64,000 nucleotides of DNA, taken from assembly GCA_031458695.1 (NCBI GenBank), contig JAVKJW010000004.1, positions 32,001 to 96,000 on the forward strand, given 5' to 3'. This DNA is from Candidatus Thermofontivivens primus. Lineage in GTDB: Bacteria; Sysuimicrobiota; Sysuimicrobiia; Sysuimicrobiales; Thermofontiviventaceae. Below are positions 57,047-64,000 of the stretch, piece by piece. The position numbers and the translations under genes were made by a program. The notes beneath the pieces were generated by a model that searched no databases, was not told the origin of the DNA, and saw only the letters and a list, made by a program, of their open reading frames with translations. Numbering within the stretch: position 1 is the first letter of the stretch; each line of letters begins with the position of its first letter.

Positions 57047-57966
57047 CTCTCTCCTCCCTCCGGCCTCTCCCCCTGCCACACGTTGACCCTTGCACCATGG
57101 AAATCAGGCTCTGTCTCTACGACCCGGCAGTGGATCCCCCGTGCTTCGAAGGCTTCCTTCATGGCCAGCCCCACCCTGCGATCCTCTGCGAAAGCTGCCA
57201 CAGTTGGCCCAGATCCGCTCAGCACAGCTCCGAATGCGCCAGCCTCCCTGGCAGCATGGATCACGTCAAACAGCCAGGGAACGAGGGGGAGGCGGTAGAC
57301 CTGGTGGAGCCTGTCCGCGGTAGCGGTCCAGAGCAGGTCCATCCGTCCTGCGCTGAGCGCGGCCAAGAGCATGGCCGTGCGCCCCACATTGAACACGGCG
57401 TCACGGAACGGCACCGACTCGGGAAGCACCCGGCGTGCCTCCTCCGTGGCAACCTCAAGGGCAGGAATGGCGAGGATCACCCGCAGAGAAGGATCGACAG
57501 GAACCTTCACCCACCGCACCCTGTCATCTTCCACCGCGCTCACCACGAGACCCCCGAGCATGGACGCGGTGACATTGTCTGGGTGGCCCTCCATACGCCA
57601 AGCCAGGTCGATGAGATCCTCCTTGGAGAGCCTTCCCCCGGCGAGGGCGGTGCCCGCGAGGAGCCCTGCCACGATTGCACTTGCGCTGCTCCCCAGCCCT
57701 CTCTTGATCGGGATCGCGTTCTGCTGACATAACCGGATGGGAGGAACGCGAACGCCATGCGCCTTCATGACTGCCTCAATGGCTCGATAGGCAAGGTGCG
57801 TCCGGTCCCTCGGGAGATCGTCTTCCCCCTCCCCACGGATCTCCACAGAGAACTCCTCCCCGATCTCCACCGTGAGGGAGTTGTACAGGCGCACCGCCAG
57901 GCCAAGGGCATCGAACCCAGGACCGAGGTTGGCGATCGTTGCTGGGACCTGTACCTCAACCTTCAT
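57037..57966 (-). CDS. thrB: Homoserine kinase
   Basis: PATIANLGPGFD, RGLGSSA, EGHPDN and SGSGPT motifs. Confidence 0.95.
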   Translation of the reverse strand: MKVEVQVPATIANLGPGFDALGLAVRLYNSLTVEIGEEFSVEIRGEGEDDLPRDRTHLAYRAIEAVMKAHGVRVPPIRLCQQNAIPIKRGLGSSASAIVAGLLAGTALAGGRLSKEDLIDLAWRMEGHPDNVTASMLGGLVVSAVEDDRVRWVKVPVDPSLRVILAIPALEVATEEARRVLPESVPFRDAVFNVGRTAMLLAALSAGRMDLLWTATADRLHQVYRLPLVPWLFDVIHAAREAGAFGAVLSGSGPTVAAFAEDRRVGLAMKEAFEARGIHCRVVETEPDFHGARVNVWQGERPEGGERWA

Positions 57967-59024
57967 CCGCCAATGACCTCCCTCACCGCGCCGGCAACCG
58001 CATCCAGGGTAGGCGGAACGGGCACCGGCGTAGGGAAACGTGAGAGAACGATCTCCACATCCTTGAGCCCATGACCCGTCAGGAGGCACACAGCGACCTC
58101 CCCATGGGGGAGGACACCGTTGCGGGCGAGATGCAACATCCCAGCCACAGAAGCGGCGGAGGCAGGTTCTACGAACAGCCCTTCCTCCCTGGCGAGTCTC
58201 AACTGGGCTTCTAGGATCTCCTCATCGCTCACGCGAGCGATCAGCCCCTCGGACTCCTCGATGGCCTTCACCGCTCCTTGCCAGCTCGCTGGGTTCCCAA
58301 TCCGGATCGCCGTCGCCACTGTCCTGGGTTCACGGATCGGCCTCCCCTCCACAATGGGTGAGGCTCCCTGGGCTTGAAACCCTAGCATCCTGGGAAGCTT
58401 GCGGATCCTTCCCAGGCGGTGGTACTCCACAAAACCACGCCAGATCGCTGTGATGTTGCCAGCGTTGCCCACGGGTAGGGCGAAGAGGTCGGGAGCGTCC
58501 CCGAGTACATCGCAGATCTCGAACGCTGCTGTCTTCTGTCCCTCGAGACGGTAAGGGTTCAGGGAGTTCACCAGGGTGAGCGGGAGGCGGTCTGCCGCCT
58601 CGCGAGCAAGGGAAAGGGCCTGGTCGAAGGTGCCGTCGATGGCAATGATCACCGCGCCGTGGGCGACTGCCTGTCCAAGTTTACCCGTTGCCACCGCCCC
58701 GCTGGGAACGATGACGAAGGCCGGAATGCGAGCCCTGGCGGCATAAGCGGCTGCGGACGCGGAGGTGTTCCCCGTGGAAGCACACACGACGCCCCGCGCC
58801 TCGATCTCCAGGGCCTTCGAGATGGCCACCGTCATCCCCCGATCCTTGAACGAGCCTGTTGGGTTCGCCCCTTCGAATTTCACGTACACCTGGATCCCTA
58901 GCTCCCGGGAGAGGCTTTGAACCGGGACAAGCGGCGTGTTCCCCTCATACAGGGTGACCACTGGGGTCTGCGGGCCCACCGGGAGATGGTCACGGTATTC
59001 CTCAATGATCCCCAGCCAGCTCAT
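57963..59024 (-). CDS. thrC: Threonine synthase
   Basis: EGNTPL, NPTGSFKDRG, CASTGNTSAS, PVGNAGN, TAIRIGNP and TGHGLKD motifs. Confidence 0.95.
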   Translation of the reverse strand: MSWLGIIEEYRDHLPVGPQTPVVTLYEGNTPLVPVQSLSRELGIQVYVKFEGANPTGSFKDRGMTVAISKALEIEARGVVCASTGNTSASAAAYAARARIPAFVIVPSGAVATGKLGQAVAHGAVIIAIDGTFDQALSLAREAADRLPLTLVNSLNPYRLEGQKTAAFEICDVLGDAPDLFALPVGNAGNITAIWRGFVEYHRLGRIRKLPRMLGFQAQGASPIVEGRPIREPRTVATAIRIGNPASWQGAVKAIEESEGLIARVSDEEILEAQLRLAREEGLFVEPASAASVAGMLHLARNGVLPHGEVAVCLLTGHGLKDVEIVLSRFPTPVPVPPTLDAVAGAVREVIGG

Positions 59025-60316
59025 CCTTCCGAATCCTCCACCCTGATGACGTTGCTGACCTCTTTCACCACGGGGAGATCCCGCAGGCGATCGAGAACCC
59101 TTCGCATCTGGCCCTCCCGCGTCTTATGCGTGATCATGATCACTTCAGCTGTCTCCCCGCGGCTCTTCTGCACAATCGAGGCGATGCTCACCTCTTCCTC
59201 GCCAAAGACCCCGGCGATCCGGGCAAAGACCCCTGGCCTGTCCACAACTTGAAGGCTCAGGTAGAAAGGGACCTCCACCTGTTCGGCGGGGAGGACCGGT
59301 TTCTGTCGGTAACAGGTGCAGCGGATCCGGCCGTTCGCCCGGAATCGGATGTTCCGGCCGATGTCCACGATATCCGAAATCACCGCACTTGCCGTGGGGA
59401 GCCCACCCGCGCCACGCCCGTAGAACATCACCTCCCCAACGGCATCCCCCCGGATCAGGACGGCGTTGTACTCGTTGGAAACGGTGGCGAGAGGATGGTG
59501 GGAGGGGATGAGAACAGGATGGACGCGCACCTCCACGTGATCGTCGGTATTCCTGCCGATGGCCAGGAGCTTGATGGTATACCCGAGCTCCTGGGCGTAG
59601 GCGATGTCGCGCGGGGAGATCTTTGCAATCCCCTCCCTAGGGACATCGCTTGCGGTGACCCTCGTGTTGAAGGCGACCGAGGCCAGGATGGCCAGCTTGC
59701 TCGCAGCGTCGTGCCCGTCGATGTCTTCCGTCGGATCCTGCTCCGCAAAGCCCCGGCGTTGCGCGTCGGCGAGGGCTTGGCTGAACGTCCACCCCTCCTG
59801 TGCCATCTTCGTGAGGATATAGTTGGTCGTCCCGTTAAGGATCGCTAGGATCTCGGTGATCCTGTCTGCGGCCAGAGACTCTTTGAGGGGGCGGATGATT
59901 GGGATGCCGCCTCCCACGCTCCCCTCGAAGTAGAGGTCCACACCGCGGGCCTCCGCGGCATCGAGGAGCTCCCTCCCACGGTTGGCCATCAGCTGCTTAT
60001 TCGCCGTGACCACGCTCTTCCCCGACTCGATGGCTTTGAGGAGGTAGGAGCGCGTTGGTTCAATCCCTCCCATTACCTCCACGATGACATCCACCTCGGG
60101 ATCTTCCACGACCTCCCAGGCGTTCCCGGTGAGGAGGTCCCGATCCACCGGCACCGGCCGTGGCTTCTCTGGGTGCGCGACGGCGATCCGCCGCACCTGA
60201 AAATCCACGCCCGCGCGCATGGCGATATCCTCGGCGTTCCGGTGCAGGACTTCGTACACGGCGGAGCCGACCGTCCCGAGCCCAAGGAACCCTAATCGCA
60301 CGACCTGCTTCCCCAT
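59021..60316 (-). CDS. hom: Homoserine dehydrogenase with ACT domain
   Basis: GLGTVG, VTANK, EGSVGGGIP, NGTTNYIL and GRGAGGLPTASAV motifs. Confidence 0.95.
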   Translation of the reverse strand: MGKQVVRLGFLGLGTVGSAVYEVLHRNAEDIAMRAGVDFQVRRIAVAHPEKPRPVPVDRDLLTGNAWEVVEDPEVDVIVEVMGGIEPTRSYLLKAIESGKSVVTANKQLMANRGRELLDAAEARGVDLYFEGSVGGGIPIIRPLKESLAADRITEILAILNGTTNYILTKMAQEGWTFSQALADAQRRGFAEQDPTEDIDGHDAASKLAILASVAFNTRVTASDVPREGIAKISPRDIAYAQELGYTIKLLAIGRNTDDHVEVRVHPVLIPSHHPLATVSNEYNAVLIRGDAVGEVMFYGRGAGGLPTASAVISDIVDIGRNIRFRANGRIRCTCYRQKPVLPAEQVEVPFYLSLQVVDRPGVFARIAGVFGEEEVSIASIVQKSRGETAEVIMITHKTREGQMRRVLDRLRDLPVVKEVSNVIRVEDSEG

Positions 60317-60359
60317 GACATTCTCCACAAGAAGCCCGCCCCTACTCACCCCTTGGCAT

Positions 60360-60389
60360 AAAAAACCCCTCCAATTCCTCGGAGGGGTT
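60360..60389 (-). terminator. Intrinsic terminator (riboswitch expression platform)
   Basis: Minus strand AACCCCTCC-GAGGAATT-GGAGGGGTTTTTT. Confidence 0.85.
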
Positions 60390-60403
60390 GCGACGAGGCG
60401 ACC

Positions 60404-60519
60404 CTCTTATCTCTCGGAATTGGATTCCGCGGGAGTTGGCACCTTACCCTCGCGGGACGCAGGCGAGAGCAGGTTGCCGGGCGTCATTGGGCCCGTCCCT
60501 CAGCCACTCTGGATAAGAG
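60404..60519 (-). ncRNA. SAM-I (S-box) riboswitch
   Basis: CTCTTATCCAGAG..GAGGGAC.GGCCC.ATGA..CCCGGCAACC...GGTGCCAA.TCC...GATAAGAG consensus. Confidence 0.95.
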
Positions 60520-60549
60520 AGAATCCACAATATTCGGTTGTTGGCACAA

Positions 60550-60578
60550 ACTTTACCACACCCCTTTCCCTCTGTCAA
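60550..60578 (-). promoter_or_regulatory. Promoter of the SAM-I leader
   Basis: TTGACA-17-TAAAGT with extended TG. Confidence 0.75.
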
Positions 60579-60594
60579 GATCAAGTCCCCAGCG

Positions 60595-60648
60595 TGTCGT
60601 CGGTCTGTGAGATTGTCACCCCGTAAGCGGTCTGAGAAAATGTCACCG
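60595..60648. mobile_element. Solo IS-like end with TGT terminus and two subterminal repeats
   Basis: TGT at 60595; CGGTCTGTGAGATTGTCACC (60601) and CGGTCTGAGAAAATGTCACC (60628) are 17/20 identical. Confidence 0.45.
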
Positions 60649-60990
60649 CAGGGATTGCGGACAAGCAAACCCCGCCACACGGCATGGTGTAGGGCTCCGT
60701 AGAGCATCACGAAGGAATTGCGTACGGTCGTTGTCGAAAGACCCCATTGCTCTTACTGCTCAGCTACCCCTGGTTGTCTACGGCGAGAGCCGGAGCAAAG
60801 GCGATGCGGCCTAACGCGAGAATCAGGATTTTTCTACAATGTCGTCGGAATCGACCTCTTCCATGAAGCTGGGTGGGAAAGCGTGCCAGGTGCGCTTCCC
60901 GCTGAGTCCTGTGAGAGTATCGTTTGTACCTCCTGGTTCCAGACACCTGGGAGTCGCTTCGCCGTCAATCAAGACTGTGCCATGGACTGG
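60649..60990 (-). pseudogene. Tyrosine integrase N-terminal relic
   Basis: Fragments in different frames: TVLIDG / SGTRRYKRYSHRTQREA (arm-binding-like), LILALGRIAFA, and GLSTTTVRNSFVMLYGALHHAVWRGLLVRNPC (core-binding domain). Confidence 0.65.
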
Positions 60991-61012
60991 ACTCCGGAGT
61001 TGTTGCCCCGAC

Positions 61013-62638
61013 TTATGTTCTGGTTGGGGTTTCCTCGTGAGAGACCCCGCAGGAAACGCCAAAAATACGCCGGTACACATCTTCACCATAGGTGGTGGCC
61101 AGCGGCTCACCTTTGAGGATTCGATAGGTGCGGCGTCCATCTTGAAGCCGCTCCGCGCGGAGGAAGCACGCGCTTTCCGGCCCCTTCTCGTAGAAGGAGC
61201 GGGCGAGCTCGTAGAAGTGGGTAACGAAGTAGACCCGGACCCCCAGTTCTGTGACTGCTTGGATGAGTTGACGGGCGATCTCCGATCCTTCCCGTTCGTT
61301 GGTCGCCGAAAAGGACTCGTTACAGAGGAGAACCGCTCCGGAACGCAGGTGATCCACAATGACGCTCATACGCGCAAGTTCCCCATCGAATTTACCGCTT
61401 TGGAGCCGAATGTCCTCCTCACGCCGAAAGTGGGTAAAGAGGCCGGAGCAGAGGCTTGCGGTGAAGGACTGTGCAGGAACGAACGCCCCGGCCTGCATCA
61501 AGAGCTGTGCGATCCCGAGGCTGCGAAGGAAGGTCGTTTTGCCTCCTGAGTTGGGGCCGGTGATCATGAGGAGCGTCTTCCCATCCGCGTGAAGGTCGTT
61601 GGGGATTACGGGCCGGTCTACGGTCAGAGCAAGGCTTACGTCGTATAGGCCGTGGAAGGAGAGCCGGTGTTCGGAAACCGGTGCAGGTTGAGGGAAGCAG
61701 GTGTGGTACCCGCGACGGGTGAGTGCTTCATGGAGGTTGAGACAGCCGATGTAGAAGGCGAGCTCTGCCCGCAGCATGGCGAAGAAGTCACGCACGTGGC
61801 TTGCGGCTTGCCCTAGAGCCTCCGCAGCAGAAGCGATAGCTCGGCTCCGGAGCTCCCCGAGCGCCTGCGCTCCAGCCTCATCACGGGGAGAGAGTTCGAA
61901 CCGATAAACCGGTGGCTTTGCCTCGAAGAGGTCCCGCCACCAGTCCCAAAGGCCTCTGCGGAGTTTTGGGACCCGATGAAGGCGATAGCGGGTGCCTTTA
62001 TGGGCGGGGCCTAACTCCGCGCTCAAGAGCACGCCATGAGGGAATTTCAGTTCGTGGAGGTGACCCTCTACCTCCGTGAGGTACTCCGCACTCAGATTCA
62101 CCTGAATGGTCGTGAAGAACTGCTTCCAACCCTCCGCGCGGAAGCAAGGCGCATACTGGGCCACGAGCTGGTGCAACGCACGGAGGGGGCGAAGGAGATC
62201 CATGAGCGTCTCAAGGGCGTCCCGGAGGACCCAGTCGGGGTAGCGAGAGAGCACACCCAGATGGTGGCCTCTCCTTCCCTCCGTCACCTCCACCGCGAGG
62301 GTGTAGAGCTGGCGCACCACGTCCGGCTGCTGGAGGCAGTCCTGCAGGACGGCTTGGCGGTACCAGATGATCTCCAGATCAGCCTGCACGGCCTCCAGCA
62401 AAACCCTCCGGCTCACCTCGAAGATCCAGTCATCGTCCTGGGCCATAGCAGAGAAAAGGGGCGCGAGATCCAGGTCCCGCTGAAGATCCTCCGCGTTCGG
62501 GGGGAGAGCCGCGCAGGGATCAACGTCAGGAAGCTGACGGGAGCGAATACTCGCGCGCCGATTGGCGCGCTCCGCGGCCGCGAGCTGTGCCCACCTCCAA
62601 TCAAAGTCCATATTGGGATAGAGCAGACGGGCTTTCAC
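61013..62638 (-). CDS. MutS-related ATPase (domain V, no mismatch-binding domain), second of pair
   Basis: YRQAVLQD, ITGPNSGGKTTFLRS, THF, LCNESFSAT and VTH motifs; GTG start overlaps the upstream TGA. Confidence 0.85.
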   Translation of the reverse strand: MKARLLYPNMDFDWRWAQLAAAERANRRASIRSRQLPDVDPCAALPPNAEDLQRDLDLAPLFSAMAQDDDWIFEVSRRVLLEAVQADLEIIWYRQAVLQDCLQQPDVVRQLYTLAVEVTEGRRGHHLGVLSRYPDWVLRDALETLMDLLRPLRALHQLVAQYAPCFRAEGWKQFFTTIQVNLSAEYLTEVEGHLHELKFPHGVLLSAELGPAHKGTRYRLHRVPKLRRGLWDWWRDLFEAKPPVYRFELSPRDEAGAQALGELRSRAIASAAEALGQAASHVRDFFAMLRAELAFYIGCLNLHEALTRRGYHTCFPQPAPVSEHRLSFHGLYDVSLALTVDRPVIPNDLHADGKTLLMITGPNSGGKTTFLRSLGIAQLLMQAGAFVPAQSFTASLCSGLFTHFRREEDIRLQSGKFDGELARMSVIVDHLRSGAVLLCNESFSATNEREGSEIARQLIQAVTELGVRVYFVTHFYELARSFYEKGPESACFLRAERLQDGRRTYRILKGEPLATTYGEDVYRRIFGVSCGVSHEETPTRT

Positions 62639-64000
62639 GGGCGGAGGCGCTCCCGGATCATTTCGTAGGTGAGGCGGTGCTTGCGAGCAAGCGTCATAGC
62701 ATAGGCAAGGCCATCCGCAGGCCGGCGCTCGATGCGGAAGGTGCGCACCTCGGGATTGTGGGGGTCCACAGTGGCCACCATACTCACAGTCTTCTCGTTG
62801 AGGGAGGCGAGCTCGTCCAGGAAGGTGACCCACACACAAGGGGCGCCAAGGTCCAAGATGGCGGAGACGATCCGCTTGCTGAGGAAAAGGGCATCATGGA
62901 GGGACGTGGAGGAGAAGATCTCGTTGATGATCAGTAAGCTCCGTGAGGTAGCGTCTGCGAGAATCTCGCGGATCCGCAGGAGGTCATCCTCGAGTTTGCC
63001 CACAACGCCCTCGGGGTGCTCTCCCTGCTCGAAGTGGGTGAAGATCCGGTCCGGGAGGTAGAGCTGGGCCTCGGTTCCTGGCACAGGACACCCCAGCGCA
63101 GCGAGGTGATGGAGCTGCCCGATGCTCCGGGCGAAGGTGGTCTTCCCACCCTGGTTGGGGCCAGTGACCACGAGCATACGTTCAGGGCCGTCGAGCGCGA
63201 AATCGTTGCAAACAGGAAGGGAGCCTTCCCGGAGGAGTTTGGTGGCAAGGACGAGGTCAAAGCACTGCCTGGCGTAGATCCGGCTGGACGCTTCCGTGAT
63301 GTGAGGGTAGCAGAAGGGAAGCCCTGCCTGCTTCAACGGGGCGATGTAGTCGAGGTAGCCTAGGTAGAACTGGGCCTCCCGGTCAAAGACCGCAATGGTG
63401 GGATCTACGAAGGCACGGTGGACCTGGCGGAAGGCTGCGAGACGGGAGAAGACCTCCGGATACAAGGTGGCCACACCGTCTAGGATCTGAGCTTCCACAT
63501 GGTTCATCTCTGGGGAGTCCTTGAAGAGAAAGTTGTAGCCAGGGACGTCCGCTTGGCGAAAGCGTGCGAAGGTACGGGTGATCTCTGCGCTGTAGTCCTC
63601 CTCCCCGGCATAGGCTCGTACCTCTACCCGCAGTCCGTGGATCCGGACAGCATACCGGATGGAGGACAGGAGATGGCGAAGCTGTAGCGCCTCCTCCCTG
63701 AGCCGTAGGAACTGCGCCGAAGCGGTGTAGTGAAGCAGGAAGTTGCGGAAGGCCACGAGGCCTGTGGATCGAAGCCGAGTGTTGGAGAGGCCCTGGGTGA
63801 GGCCCAGGACGGCATCACAGTAGGTGGAAACGGCATCTAAAAACCAACGCTCCTGCTGTCGCTCGTAGTACGTCTTCTGGGCGTGTGCGAGGTTTTCTCG
63901 GACAGTGCGCATGGCCGAGGCGAAGGCTGTCAACTGGGCGTATACCTCGAGGTCCTCGATGTCCTTCATAACCTCCTGGCGGTAGAGAACTGCGGAGACA
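62635..64000 (-). CDS. MutS-related ATPase (domain V), first of pair, 5' end outside the window
   Basis: Frame open to the window edge (LYRQEVM); VTGPNQGGKTTFAR, THFE, GKLEDDL, INEIFSST and RRPADGLAYA motifs. Confidence 0.85.
   Translation of the reverse strand, partial: VSAVLYRQEVMKDIEDLEVYAQLTAFASAMRTVRENLAHAQKTYYERQQERWFLDAVSTYCDAVLGLTQGLSNTRLRSTGLVAFRNFLLHYTASAQFLRLREEALQLRHLLSSIRYAVRIHGLRVEVRAYAGEEDYSAEITRTFARFRQADVPGYNFLFKDSPEMNHVEAQILDGVATLYPEVFSRLAAFRQVHRAFVDPTIAVFDREAQFYLGYLDYIAPLKQAGLPFCYPHITEASSRIYARQCFDLVLATKLLREGSLPVCNDFALDGPERMLVVTGPNQGGKTTFARSIGQLHHLAALGCPVPGTEAQLYLPDRIFTHFEQGEHPEGVVGKLEDDLLRIREILADATSRSLLIINEIFSSTSLHDALFLSKRIVSAILDLGAPCVWVTFLDELASLNEKTVSMVATVDPHNPEVRTFRIERRPADGLAYAMTLARKHRLTYEMIRERLRP

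Noticed and set aside
61013..64000. Mismatch-repair mutS
   Set aside because: The complete copy is too short, lacks a recognisable mismatch-binding domain and has no mutL nearby.

Overview
GC-rich bacterial chromosomal window, mostly housekeeping and catabolic genes. From left to right: SDR; prkA-yeaH-spoVR triad; a GntR(YtrA-like)-ddl-dapF-apgM operon whose DapF has Ser at both catalytic Cys positions; an S1 RNA-binding protein; and a divergon in which an SCP2 lipid-carrier domain fused to a TPP-dependent E1 alpha+beta faces a Zn-ADH / SCP2 / membrane protein / alpha-beta hydrolase / QW-repeat operon. Next come gcdH, a NitT/TauT ABC transporter, a class III aminotransferase, csoR, acyltransferase/glycosyltransferase/exoD/GH130, an orphan molybdo-hydroxylase large subunit, PAS-LuxR plus a secreted octaheme cytochrome c, pdxR-pdxS-pdxT, rsmI, a DUF1998 helicase, tRNA-Leu(CAG), SOD, tRNA-Ser(GGA) and an M23 peptidase. 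A candidate structured ncRNA precedes a form II coxG-S-L-M-D-E-xdhC-mocA cluster, followed by a decayed MNT-HEPN module. A SAM-I riboswitch controls hom-thrC-thrB-lysC plus a second thrC-like gene and a ubiquitin-like sulfur carrier, probably a carrier-dependent homocysteine route. The right end is an island border (IS-like end, integrase relic) with a tandem pair of domain-V-only MutS-like ATPases. REP/REPIN-like palindromes of two families are dispersed across the window. No CRISPR array or rRNA was seen. All calls come from motif recognition by eye; no searches were run.
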